The notes beneath the pieces are model-generated. The model ran no database searches and was not told the DNA's origin. It saw only the letters and a list, made by a program, of their open reading frames with translations. The translations under genes and the position numbers were made by a program. Below are positions 25,708 through 39,215 of a stretch of 64,000 nucleotides of DNA, in pieces. Source of the DNA: Octopus bimaculoides (Eukaryota). The stretch lies in contig NC_069003.1 in NCBI RefSeq assembly GCF_001194135.2, positions 6,016,959 through 6,080,958 of the forward strand, written 5' to 3'. The first letter of the stretch is position 1. Each line of letters begins with the position of its first letter.

Positions 25708-26236
25708 GCACACACACACACACATGTGCATCCACACATATACGTGCATACATACTATCATCATCATCGTTTTTATCTCCATTGTTTCCGTATACACAAG
25801 GGCCAGACAGAATTTTTGTCAGGGCTCATTCTCCAGAGCCAGATGGATGCCCTTCCTCAGACATATATGAAATGATGTAGGCACAGCTGGATAGATAAGG
25901 GGTTCACTTCGGAATTATGTGGCTTTAGGTTGTATCTCATTGCACAACACTTTGGTCAAGTTTGTTCTGCTATAGTCTCAAATTGATCAAAACCTTGTGG
26001 GTGAAAATGGTAGTTGGAAACTGTATGGAAGATTGTTGTGTGTGTGTGCGTGTGTGTGAATGCTTATATGTGTTTTTGCAAACGGTAGTTTGAGCAAAAC
26101 ACTAATGCTATATATGCATTGCCTGCAGAGAATACATCCTGTAGCTCTGACTCGTGAAGACAAGAGGAATAGAAATCCCTTAAACACAAGTGTGTGTGTG
26201 TGTGTGTGTGTACGTGTATGCACATATATATGTATA

Positions 26237-26276
<40 letters not shown>

Positions 26277-26289
26277 TTTATAATAAATC

Positions 26290-26460
26290 ATCATCATCCT
26301 TTAATGTCCGCTTTCCATGCTAGCATGGGTTGGACGATTTGACTGAGGACTGGTGAACCAGGTGGCTACACCAGGCTCCAATCTGATTTGGTAGAGTTTC
26401 TTCAGCTGGATGCCCTTCCTAACGCTAACCACTCCGAGAGTGTAGTGGGTGCTTTTAATG
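26290..26460 (-). mobile_element. RTE-like LINE 3' end fragment (family also at about 8860-9000, 13380-13620, 14480-14700, 27290-27440, 29215-29360, 32695-33000, 55838-55960, 57530-57675, 59025-59200)
   Basis: Recurrent motif AGGAAGGGCATCCAGC...CCATGC(C/T)AGCATGGAAAGCGGACATTAAA followed by a (GAT)n tail. Confidence 0.7.
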
Positions 26461-27721
26461 GTAATAAGAGATGGTGAAGCAGTAAATTAGTTTAGTAGCA
26501 GAGTTGCAATGGAGGTGTTAGTGTTGGCAGTAGTATGATAATGTTGTGGCTTAGTTGTAGCTAAGCCCTAACTGGGTAGGTATATGACATTCCAACGCTG
26601 ACCATCCTATTGGATTATGCAGAATTACATTATTCAATTCCGCCTTTCTAACAGAGGGCAGGGTGCTATTCATGGATATTTAGCTGCTATCTATGGAGGG
26701 CTAAATAAATGACCCCTTGTGATAGGTCTAGTGGTAATGTTGGTGATGCAGTAGCTGTTGTAGTTCTCAATGAGTCACATTCAAGGCACTGTAGAAGGAT
26801 GGTATCAGATGTATAAACAGTAGGTATAGAGTGAGGAGTAGATTTCACTGTTATTTCTAGCATATTAGACAAACTCCACAACATAAAAGTTCACCTGTGT
26901 GTAGGTCAAGGCCAATCAGCTTCAATTAATCAGTCACTCAAACAGAACATAAGAATATAGGTTTGTTTACATTTGGTCTTAATGTGGTTTAATTAATATA
27001 CACGCATATTCAGTTACATTCCTTATATAGTTCATAGTGTTTGTTATAGAAGTTCATTAATTACAAAGATGAGAGATGAAAAAGAATGGAAGGACAAAAA
27101 GAAGGAAAATCCCTAACAGGGGGTCTGTATTGTAAACTGGGTGGAAGGATAGAAAACATTGTTAAATGGAGAATACTGAAATACAAGACTGGAAGTTATA
27201 CTGAACTAGCTACATCTCAAAAGATTTTAATCACACACTAATACTAAATACAAGTATGTGTACATTGACTATGATGACAGCTGCCACCATCAGTTAGCAT
27301 CTTTTTTCAAAGCTGGAATGGATTGGATGGTTTGACAGGATCTAGTGAGCCATAGAGCTACATTCAGCTCCAAATACCGGTTTTGACAAGGGTTCTACAG
27401 TTGGCTGCCCTTTCTAATGCAAACCACTTCACAGTGTGCTGTGCTTTGTCACATATAGATTAGATATTAGCAATGGAAGTAGTATTGTACTAAATAGCAA
27501 TCTTATATCCTACTTAATGTGGATGTAAAGTAAGAACACCATAATACTGTACTATTCATATTGAAATGTAAAACTGTTTCATTTCTCTCCTGCCAACTTT
27601 TCCCAGAAGAGCCATTCGAAATGCTGGATTTTCTACTCCTCACAGTACATTCACTGTGATCTTTAATTTTATTACATAAATATAAGTTTTGCTTATGCAG
27701 ACCACCAACAGCGTCTTTAGA

Positions 27722-27770
<49 letters not shown>

Positions 27771-27886
27771 CCCTGCAACCATCAACTTGCAAACTGTTTA
27801 AGAGGAGCATCAACTGCATCTATCTCACTAGTTTCTAGGTGTACATTAAAAGGCCTTGGGCACAACTCATTCCTCCAAACTTAAAG

Positions 27887-27925
<39 letters not shown>

Positions 27926-28067
27926 TGGTAGTCTGTCTTAGCCCTTTTATCTTAACCCTTTTAATATCAATTCATCTGAGACCCACATTTCATTCTATCA
28001 TACAAAAGCATTCATTTCCCAGTGTGTCTACAAAAATTAAAGTCTTTTATCATGTCCCAACAACAGC

Positions 28068-28690
28068 TTAATAACAATAATTTTGTCTACCACAGGAACA
28101 AGTTCTGAAATTTTGTGGGGAGAGGGTTATTTGATTACACTGACCCCAGTGCTCAACTGGTATTTAAATATTGCTCAGCATTTTGTTTGACGTTCTAGTG
28201 AATCTGCCAGCTGACCACCTTAACAACAACAATCCTTTCTAGTATATGCACAAAGCCTGCAAATTTAGAGGAGGGGGATAGTCAATTACATCAACCCCAG
28301 TACCCAGGGGGGCATTTATTTTATCATCCCTGAAAGAATGAAAGGCAAAGTCAACCTCATTGGAATTTGAATTCACAATGTGAAAATGAACAAGATACTA
28401 CTAAGCAGTTTCCTGGAGTGCTAACGATTCTGCCAGCTTACCACCTTATATAATAATAATAATAATAACAATTTCAAATTATGGCACAAGGCCAGCAAGT
28501 TCGTGGAGCATAAGTTGATTACATGAACCCCAGTGCTCAACAGGTATTTATTTTATCAACCTTGAAAGAAAGAAAGGCAACGTCAGCCGCAGCAGAATTT
28601 GAATCTAGGATGTGAAAACAGACAAAATGCCGCTAAGCATTTTACTTGGTGCACAAATGATTCTGCTAGCTGGCCACATTAATAATAACA
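28068..28690 (-). mobile_element. Three head-to-tail copies of a tRNA-derived SINE (family A)
   Basis: Unit (plus-strand reading) (AAT)n-CACAAGGCC-GAAATTT...GATTACATCGACCCCAG...GAAAGGCAAAGTC...GAATTTGAAC...CTGCCAGCT repeated three times with (AAT/AAC)n spacers. Confidence 0.85.
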
Positions 28691-31316
28691 TTAAATAATA
28701 CTAATCATCATCCGAGATACTTCATTAAATCTATCTAAATTCTTAATTATTTTCATAACCAATTAAAACAAAGAAACAGTAATTCAAAAGAAACAGCCAT
28801 AAAAAAAAAAAAATTTTTTTTTTAAAAGCGTTGAAGTCAACTGAAAAATACAAATGTGTTAAAAAACATATTTCTCNNNNNNNNNNNNNNNNNNNNNNNN
28901 NNNNNNNNNNNNNNNNNNNNNNNNNNNNNNNNNNNNNNNNNNNNNNNNNNNNNNNNNNNNNNNNNNNNNNNNNNNNNNNNNNGGAGGGAGAGAGAGAGAG
29001 AGATATGGGAATTTAATATTTCTATTGTGAATTATAAGAAAATGTCACAATTAAAAGATAAACAATGAAATAAATCAAAACATTTTTGTTCCATGTCAGG
29101 AAAAATATAAACAATATTAGGTTTGTGTCTGTGCATGTATTTTAATGTTTATATTGTGTACGTGTGCATTATATTACATGTATGCATATGTATGCATTCA
29201 CACAGCTATTTATATATCATCATCATTAAACATTCATACGCTATGCTGGCATGGGTTGAAGGACTTCATCATGCTCCAAAGTCTGCTTTGTCATGGTTTC
29301 TATGGTTGGATGCTCTTCTGAGCACCAACCACTTTATAGCATGTTTTGGGCGCTTTTGTCCAACACACAGACACATGTATGTATATATATATATGTGTCT
29401 GTATATATACAATGTTGTAGAGAAAGCACTACAGTGGCATGGAAACTTTTTTATGGAGCTGGGGCTAGAAAATAATGCATCGGTAAAGTGGTTGGAAGGG
29501 CATCCAGTCATACCGACCATGTCCAAAATGGAACATAAACGAAACATAGATTTCTGACCTGTCTTGAGGGCAGCAACTTCTAAATAAGAATAGGCCCAAT
29601 CACTGATAGTCTGTCCAACACATGTCAAAGTGGACACAAAATGATGATCACAATTCAATGTGTGTGTAACACAGATTCAGGGTTTGCAACTTTATAGGAA
29701 CAAGGCAACTTTGGGAAGTTGAATTAAGTAGATTTAGTCACAAACAATAATTTATAAGTTTATCATATATACATTTTAGTCCTTGTGATCTCAGAAACTG
29801 TGACTGGGGAATTGGTTGAATTAAATAGTTCTGAAAGAAGGCAACAGGCAGCATAGTTAAGAAGCTTTCTTCCTGGAAACTTGAAGTTCAAGCCTAATGA
29901 GTCCCAGAGCTTATGGCAGATCTAAGTCTAAATGATTAAGTGCATGTTATTGGATGGCTAAAAATCATTGGATTGCTTTCCAATCTTAAATTTTTAAAAA
30001 TGGAAGAGAAAGAAGTTTTAGAAAATTTCCACAAAGGTAAATTGTATTAGGGAGGAAGAAAACCAAGTGTTTAACTTGTATACAGAAGTTAAGGAAGAAG
30101 CTAAGATTTGATTTTAGAAATCTAACATGAAAGCTATCTATTAAGAAAATATATAGAAATATACTTGTAGAATTTATGTTGTAAAAAGATAAGATTTAAG
30201 AAGGTAAGATACTTAAAATGAAAAATGTTGAAAACCAAAGATCCACTGAACAAAATATTTGATCAACATTTAAGCTGGGGTATTTCATGAGACGTCACTA
30301 CTATTTTTGAGATGAAACAAACATAGGGCATTCTTGTAGAATTGGGTTAGAAATCATTTACTGAACCAAAAAACTATAATCTTCTAGGGACCAAATGGCT
30401 TTAAATATAGATTATGAAGCTGAGGGAAGGCGCTCCCATCCATGTTTTCGGTAAATTGTCAAAGTTACTTTCAGAATTATGTTACGCATAATTTCAAAGA
30501 AACATAATAATGTTTAAAATTTAAATACAGAAAAAGAAATTTCAGAAGTAAGTCAAAAGTGAAAAATTACAAGTAACAAAAATGTGGAAATAACCCTCTA
30601 ATTCAGATCTGTTCTACAATGCTTAAAACATTCAGATTCAAACAAACTACAGATTTTTTGAAGTACTGAATAATTTATGACTTTATTCTACAGGAATGCC
30701 ATATAAAGACTTTCGTCTCTGGTTAAAGAGTCTATAAACATACTGGGAAGGAATACTTTTACAAAACGTCTCAAAGAAAAAAAAGAAGAAAAAAATCACC
30801 CTGGGCCCTATGTGGGAAGTTGCTTTAATGCACTAAAAATCCACCCACCCACCCCTGATTATGTACTGCTGAAATTGGGGTGCGTCTTTCATGCCATTCT
30901 ATTATGGTACTTATTTTAGGAGATCAAATATAGTGGGACCAGACAGGAAGTAGAGTTTACAATGGGAGATAAATCACCATGGACCTGTCTGGAGGGGGGG
31001 GGAGACAATTTTAGTTGGAAAAAAGGCAAAACTGAAAAAAAAAATTTAACTAGCAAAGTTGAGAAGGACTGGAATAATTGTGTTTAACAACCTATGGAAC
31101 TGTTCTAACATGTTCTTCCTGAGAGACGGACAGACATGAAGACTCCGTAACTGTCCTTTTAATAAAAGAACTGAAGGGAGTGTAAGAGATAAAGGTCAAG
31201 AGAGTGCTTGCTCAGTCAGTTTAATCATTTAACCAATCAGAGAGCATACGAAAGAGCCTCCGTGTGCCCATCTAACATCCTGAAAATCATAGCCACATCT
31301 TTCTCATCTAGCATTA

Positions 31317-31792
31317 TACTTTAGCATTTAAACTAGCCATAGCCAGATCAAAAATTGTACTTGTTTTATATTCAAACTGGCCAGATTTAGCCTCTCACCT
31401 ACCAGTGGAGGCACATGGCTTAGTGGTTAGGGTGGTGTTGAACTCATGATAAGATAGTAATTTCGATTCTTGAACCAGGCGGTGCTTTGTGTTCTAGAGC
31501 AAAACACTTCACATTGCTCCAGTCCACTCAGCTGGCAAAAATGAGTAATCCTGTGATAGACCAGTGTCCCGTCCAGGTTGGGAATATATACACCATGAAA
31601 CTAGGAAACTGGCCCTTATGAGTCAGCATGACTCAAAGGTAACTCTCTCACCTACCCTACAATGTCATTCTCAAAATATATAAAAGCACATCATAAACAT
31701 CTCCCAGCCATGAGATAATGCATGATTAATTCAAAACAGCATGAATAAATAAGCTTCACATTTGACAGAGGAATCTGAATGCTAAAGAGTGA
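31317..31792 (-). mobile_element. TTAA MITE interrupted by a SINE
   Basis: MITE body on both sides of 31404-31644; ends GAATGCTAAAGAG. Confidence 0.72.
31404..31644 (+). mobile_element. Full-length tRNA-derived SINE with 12-bp TSD
   Basis: Head GTGGAGGCACATGGCTTAGTGGTTAGGG (A box) ... TTCGATTC (B box); core TTGCTCCAGTCCACTCAGCTGGCAAAAATGAGTA; exact TSD CTCTCACCTACC at 31392-31403 and 31645-31656. Confidence 0.88.
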
Positions 31793-32039
31793 AGGAAAGA
31801 ACACATTGGATAATGCAGTCACTCACACATATATGTACATATAGTCATGGTCTTTTAACATCTAAGACCATCTAAGGTTTACGGTTAAAAGACGTTCATA
31901 CAAGGTACCATAGAGTGGAATTGAAACAGAGAACCATGGGTCTGTGCACAGAGGGTGCAATATGTTCACACAGCCCATCATTGCATGTCAGGGTTTATAT
32001 TATGATCCTAAGAAAAAGGAAAAATATATCAGAGACAGT

Positions 32040-32342
32040 GTTATTACTGAAACCTGAATCTATAAACTGGAATAGCCTGCTCATGAAATTAATATGCAGA
32101 TGGTTGAGCACTCCAGACACACATACCTTTAATTTAGTTCTCAAGGAGATTCAGCATGACAGAGAATGTGACAAATCTGGCCCTTTAAAAAACAGGCATT
32201 ACTCATTTTTGCCAGCTGAGTGGACTGGAGCAATGTGAAATAAAGTGTCTTGCTCAAGGACACAAAGCACCGCTGGGAACTGAACTCACAACTTTATGAT
32301 CGTAAGCCAAATACCCTCGCCACTAAGCCACGTGCCTTCACA
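32040..32342 (-). mobile_element. tRNA-derived SINE (family D; copies at about 901-1176(+), 37250-37460(-), 47786-48075(-), 46790-47100(+), 22780-22990(+))
   Basis: Minus-strand head GTGAAGGCACGTGGCTTAGTGG...GAGTTCAGTTCCC, core GTGTCCTTGAGCAAGACACTTTATTTCACATTGCTCCAGTCCACTCAGCTGGCAAAAATGAG, tail CATGCTGAATCTCCTTGAGAAC...GAGCAGGCT. Confidence 0.82.
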
Positions 32343-34949
32343 ACCTGAAGCTATACAAACAACAACAACAACAACAACAACAATTGTACTGAAATAAACT
32401 GAACTGTGAAACGAGTGCAATATTTCCAGATCATTACACATGACTTCCATATTAAACCAACAGTGTGTGTCAGAGTTTGCAGTATGGTATATTTAGACAG
32501 ATTTCTGGGCCACGCTTAGCTGTTTGTTCATAAGACTGTTCAATTAGAGCTGATATGTAGCTTACACAACAACAGCCACAAATCTGCAGAACAAGTATGA
32601 TCAATTATATTGATCTTTGGGACCATGTGACTGATATTTCTTTCATCAACCCTTGGTAAGATGATGAAAGGCAAAAATCAATCCTGACAAAATTTCATCA
32701 TCATTTAGCATCTGTATTATATATACAGTCATGGGCTGGATGGTTTGACATGATCCAACAGGTCAAGATCCGATGTCTATTTTGGTATAGTTTCTATGGC
32801 TGAATGCCCTTCCTAACACCACCAACCACTGAGTGTGCTGATGACATTTTCATGCCACCAGCACAAGCGGGGTCGCCAAGTATCTTGCAAGATAAGGTCC
32901 TTTGATGGAGGAGTTTATAGTATTGAGGGAGATGACTTAAGTCAGCTGAGAAGAGTATGATAAAGGGATAAGAACAGATGTCTTGCTGTAAAGATACAGG
33001 GCTACCCCAGCTTGAAAAGGAGAGATGGTGATGATGGTAAACCCTACGTTTTTCTGTTGAGGGCCTATACACCCCAGTATCAGACTATTTACCTTAGTCA
33101 ATGCATAGAGCTCGCTTACAAGCTTTAAGCTTATAAAATATTATTATTATTATTTACAGATTTGTAAAAATCAGCACCGCTTACCAAATAATCGCATTAA
33201 TGTTATTTTTGTTGTTCCTATCAAGGGTAGTAGAATGGCAGAATCATATAAGCATCGGTTAAAATTCCTTGTGGTATTTGTGTTATGAGTTCAAATCCTG
33301 CTAAAGTTCAACTTTCCTTTCATGCTGGTAGAGTTGAATAAAATAAAGTGACTAATCAATACTGCTTCCTAGTGCTGAATTTCTGTCTTTATTCTGTTCT
33401 TATTGTCATCATCACTGCTTTAACATCCAGTTTTCCATGTTCGTATGCATCATACAGAATTTGCCAAGGCAAATTTTCTATGTTCAGAAAATGTCCTTCT
33501 TGTTGACAACCCTCACCTGTTTCCAAACAAAGTAATATTTCTCTACAAGACAGACATGCATTGCACAGAAGGCTGGAAATGTAGGATATGGCTTTCATGA
33601 TGGTAACACTTGCTTACACCTATAAAATGATGTTAACACAAAGAGACAGTGACACACACGACAGGTCAGTTTCAGTTTCAGCCTACCAAATCCATTCAGA
33701 AAGCTTTAGTTGGTCCAGGGCTACAATAGAAGATACTTACCCAATGTGCCACGCAGTGGGATTGAACCCAAAACCATATGATTGGGAGGCAAATTTTTTA
33801 ACCACACAACCTTACTAACAATTACTATCCATCTTTTCATCCCACTCCATTTCTCCCCTTGAAATAAACAAGCATGGTCTCTTCTTTTGGGGCTGTGGTC
33901 ATAGTGGGGCTCTTACCTCAGGAGTTTAGTTTATCACATTGAGCTTAACTGCCACTTCCCAGCACGTGTCTGATCGATTACTATTGTGGAACTTGATAAA
34001 TTAGTTGATATACTGGGACATGAATGGCCAGCAACACCAGTTTTTGAACATAAACACAACACCCACACACATTTATATAGATGCTTGCTATCATGTGATA
34101 CTTAGCAAAACTATGCACTTATTACATGAATTACAAAATCTAAGAACCGACAGGAATCTGTAGTCAGGTAACTGAGGACCTGTGGTAGAAATGATATCAG
34201 GCAGGGTTGGATGTTTAAGAAGCCCACTTTGCAACCACGTGGTTCCAGGTTCAGTCCCACTGTAAGGCACCAATGACCAAGTGTCTTCAAATTCCGGACC
34301 AACCGATGCCTTGTAAGTTAATTTGACAGATGGAAACTGCGAGGAAACCTGTCTAAATATGCGTGAGTTTGTGTTTATCCCCCACTGTCGTTTGACAACC
34401 AGTGTTTGTTTACTTCTCCCTTGAACGTAGCGGATCGGCAAAAGACCACGACAAATATTGAACTTTAAAAAAAGTATTGAGGTCGATTTGTTCAACAAAA
34501 CCCTTCAAGGTACAAAACGGTGCCCCAGCATGTCCGAACCCCGATGAGTGACAAAAACAAACAAAAAAACCCGAGTTAGACATGCCTACAATGAGAAAGT
34601 TGTTATGCCCAAATCGACCCACTACACACATATATGATGGGCTTCTGCATAGTTTCCGTCTACCTGATGAACCTTAGTGATAATATATAGAAGACACTTG
34701 CCCAAGTTGTTGTATATGGATATCGAACCCGGAACCACGTGGTTGAGAAACGAACTGCTTAGCTATATAAACCATGTCTGTACCTAAACCTTGTGACATA
34801 AAAGAAATGATGTTAACTTATGGGATGACGTAATAACATACTACATACACGTGTGTATAATATATTATACACCCATATATATGTATACATATATATATAT
34901 ATATGTGTGTATTTACAATATAATATGTACACTCACGTACAGGTATGTA

Positions 34950-36000
34950 TAACGCATGCATACAATACAGACAGACAGACAGACAGATAGATGGATGGAT
35001 GGGTGGGTAGATACGCACATACACACACAGCAGCCCGCACCCATACACTGAAGGGTTTCAGTCCAGGGAACAAGGGGTAAAAAAAAATTACAAGCAAGAG
35101 GTAAGGAAGGAAAGATGGAGTTATTGAGTGATGGAAAGAAGATGGAGGGAAACAAGCAGGAGTTGGTGTGTTTCTAAAGGAACAAAGACTGAAGAAAGGT
35201 GGAGGGGGGGGGAATAACAGTAGCTAGTCATGGTGATGGAGGTGGGGGTAGTGGTGGTGGTGGTAATAGCGGCGATAGTAGTAGTGGTGGTGGTAGTGGT
35301 GGTGGTGGTGGTATGAAGAACAGCTTAGAAATATGGAGTATTGACCTAATTTTTTTAGGATACTCAGTAGCACTTGAGTTGCGAGGTGGTGGTGGTGGGA
35401 GGAGAGTTGGAGTAAAAAAAAAAAGGTAAGAGAGTGAAGATGAGAGAGAGAGAGAGAGAGAAAGGGACGAGTGAAAAAAATGATGGGTAGAGTAGAGGTG
35501 AGAGTGAAAAACGATAAGAAAGTTAAAGAGAGAGTGAGTGAGAGAGAGAGAGAGAGAGGGGGGGAGGGAGTAGTTATTTGTGTTTTTCAAAAGCTTGAAT
35601 CGAACATGCTGCTGCTACGACTATTACTACCACCAAACTACTGTTGTTGCTTTACTGCTGCTGTTGTTGATACAACAACTACTACCACCACCACCACCAC
35701 CACTGCTGCTGCCATATTTAAGAGCTGACCCTACTACCACCACTAAGCCTTGTAAATAATTTGAAGCCAAGCTTGCTCGGGACAGAAGAACCTTGTAAAT
35801 CTGTTTCACACACAAACACACAGACAAGCCAGCGAGATCATTGAATATGCTAAAAATAGCAGCGAAATCTCTCCCCTCAATCTCAACTCTCACACACCAT
35901 CGCCCTTAAACAAGAAAAGGATATGTTAGGAGGTTAATTTACTTTTAAGTACTGCTAAACAAAAAAAACTGGGATTGTCACGACCGGAGCATCCTTTGAT
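34950..36000 (-). promoter_or_regulatory. Candidate promoter / 5' UTR / first-exon region of the Ig-domain gene
   Basis: Lies at the boundary between the CpG-depleted 2-34 kb domain and a CpG-rich domain; non-TE sequence with (GGT)n, (GA)n and (CAC)n tracts. Inference only. Confidence 0.35.
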
Positions 36001-36719
36001 CATCACATGATCTGCTGGATTACGGAGCTTACACTATGCTAAGCAGCAGCTATAACCACAACTACGATACCAGGGATCGAATATAATTGGATCCCTGCCT
36101 TCCAAACGGTGGTTTGACGTGTAGTCGCAGATAGAAGAAAGCGAGTGCATGTTTATCTGGAAATGACAACAGCATGTAAGGGCCCCTTATGTACAGACTG
36201 TAGGGGAACATTAACGAAGCCCTTTTTTTTTTTTTTTAATCCTTCTCTTTGCTCCAATCATTGGGCTGCGATATCGCCTTATATGGTTTCCAAACCGACC
36301 CTGGTAGTTATTCAATCAGTCTCTTCTGTCGAACTGCTAATTTACGGAGAAGCAAACAAACCAACACCGGTTGTCGAGTAATGGTGGGTGGACACGGATA
36401 CACACACACACACGTGTGTATAATTACAAGCTTTCAAACAGTTTCCGTCAACCAAATTCAGTCACAAGGCACTGGTTGGTCAACCCACGGTCATACTAGA
36501 AGATACCTGTCCATGGTGCCGCGCAGTGGAACTGAACCCAACACCACTTGCATGGAAAACGAGCATGCAAACCACACAGCTATATCTGTGAAGCATACAC
36601 AATAGATGACAGAGCAAAATCAGAATTTTGAGGAAACTGGCGATGTACTGGCTCCTCTCTAGGCAACAATTTAGCCTTGTATGAAAGAAAGCACCATCTG
36701 TTCCGTTCGCGAAAAAGCC

Positions 36720-37030
36720 CAGTACTTGTAGTATAGTGGTTTGTGCGTCTCAATGACCTCAAAGGCTGTGCCAGATGAACACAAGATCCTGGTTGGGCTT
36801 CCCATCGTGGATAGGTCAAAGGATAGAGGCCAAACTAATATGGTCCACCTCTTACCAATGGTTAAAATGGGTTTGCGTAGGGACGACACATATAATGTAG
36901 AAAAAGCGAAGTTATAGAAGCATTGATGACAATTCAGAAGCAACAAGACATGGGAGTGGGAGAAAGAGGCGGGAAGTGTCGTCGATGGCCTATGCTCCGG
37001 AGGGGGCGGAGGACATAAACACCACATCTT
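36720..37030 (+). mobile_element. Possible internally deleted RTE-like element (5' UTR joined to 3' end)
   Basis: GGGCTTCCCATCGTGGATAGGTCAAAGGATAGAGGCCAAACTAA resembles RTE 5' UTRs; about 150 bp later SVVDGLCSGGG resembles the RTE ORF2 terminus. From memory. Confidence 0.4.
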
Positions 37031-39183
37031 CCGTAGTGTGCAGTAAGAAATAAACACTATGGAACTTTACCATTTGTGTGTATGTGTTTACGAGCTCAAG
37101 GTTTCTAAGACTTGTGAGTGGGAAGAGGGAGAGAGGAAGATATCCTCAAATCGGAGGCGTGATCCAATGAATGAATATATGCTAAAGGCACCCAAAATAT
37201 AAAGTATAAGAATTGATAAAGCTCCTTCACGAGTCATGGCTTCTTAAGGCTGGTTTCCCAGCCTGTGACATATATCCCCCACCCGCCCCGTCTCATAGGT
37301 CTGTCGCAGTATTACTCATTTTTTCCAGTTGAATGGACCGGAGCAACGTGAAATGAAGTGTTTTGTTCAAGAACACAATGTATCGCCCGGTCCAGGAGCC
37401 GAAACTGCTATCTTATGATCACGAGTCCAACATCCAAACCACTAAGCCCTGCGCCTCTACAAACGTACCCAAAATGCCAAGAGTTGTGTTAAACCAGGGG
37501 ACGGATTAAGCTCACCCCAAGTAATCCACAACAGCGGGATCGGAGTGAAGAATTTGAGCTTACAACACGAAGAGACAGAAACATGTACCGCAAGGCATCC
37601 GACACGATTATTGTCACAGTTCCGTTTATCCGGAAGATAGCAGCTATCTCGAAAGGATGAAGGACAAAGTTGAACTCGGGAGCGTAGATTTAAAGGAAAT
37701 ACTGCTCTAATGATTTTACCGATTTGATCAGGGCAAAACCTGTCCAAGTCAATTCCAATCGATCTTGTTTGATACTAAAATTCATTGTGTGCACGTGCGT
37801 GCGTTTGTGTGGTTATTCAGTGACTCAGAGGAGGAAGAGCAGTGCACATGAGTCATTTTAGTTTCCACCCCTAGAGTAACAGAAAGGATATGGGTGTCAT
37901 CCTCAACCCGAAAACCTGAACCCAATGCTAAACGATTGTACCGATACGGGTATATGATATTACATATGGAGGATGATAGCTGTATAAGGAAAAGTCAAGT
38001 GCTCAAAATGAATGTTACTTGTTATAGGGGACACGGGAATACTTGGGACGAAGGCTGATCCAAGGGATACTGCATCTCAGGGAGAGACCATTATACTGGT
38101 TGGCGAAATGCAAGGGCTAGAGAAGACCTGACTACTTGTGAAAACCCGGTGAAATGCACTTTAAAACTGGAGGTAGTAGTAACAGATTCTGATTTGTATA
38201 TATCGTCAGAATCTCCATTACTCGTATCTTTCATATTCTCTTTATCTTTAACTTGTCTGTCATGAGACTGCCGGCATGCTGAGGCACTACCTTAAAGAAA
38301 TTTAAGTCGAATGAATCGCCGGCAACTTATTCTATCAGTCCCTTCTGTCGAACTGCTAAGTTACTGGGGCGTAAATAAACCAAAACCGGTCGTCAAGCGG
38401 TAGTGAACAAACACACATAGATACACATTATATATGTACGTTGTGCTTTGCTGTGAGGACTTAAACACATGACCATGCCAGCACCCATGTTAGACTAATG
38501 AAGGTCGATGGGTATTTAACAGAGCTAAGATGTTCTGATATGAAACACGGCCGAAAGGTTTGTTGGTGGTATTAGAGACAACACAACATGACCATCCCAT
38601 CTCATATTTGGTACATCCATAATTATCCCAATGTTACCTTACAAAAAAATAAATAAACATAACAAGGCTATAAGGGGAGATTTGGATGGTTCGAGCGACC
38701 TTTTAGGCGCTCCCTAGTCGGCTCCATGAAAGAAACATGGATGAGTTTGGTGAGAACAGTGTGTGGAATAGTTTGTGTACGAAAAATAGTTGTGAGACAA
38801 AGAGAGTGGTATCTGTTAGTCATTTATTTAGCTGTCTTAAATGGGGAAACAGGGGGTGGGGTGAATCAATTACCTCGACCTCAAAAGGATGAAAGGCAAA
38901 GTCGACATCGGCAGAATTTGAACTCAGAACATAAAGAGCTGGAAGAAATACTGTTAAGCATTTTGTCCGACGCACTCGACGCCACAATAATTCTTTTATT
39001 ATTTTACTTGTTTCAGTCATTTGACTGAGGCCATGCTGGAGTACAGCTTTTAACCGAACAAATTTATTCTTTGTAAGCCTAATACTTATTCTGTTGGTCT
39101 CTTTTGTCGACCCGCTATGTCACAGGGACGTAAACACACCGACACCGGTTGTCAAGTGAGGGTGGGGGCACAAACAGACAGAA

Positions 39184-39215
<32 letters not shown>

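Noticed and set aside
25076-25880. Long ORFs in the ORF track (also 53467-54450 and 62574-63150)
   Set aside because: Artefacts of N runs and dinucleotide repeats.
38184-38214. 9-bp hairpin as a Helitron 3' end
   Set aside because: No CTRR terminus at the expected distance.
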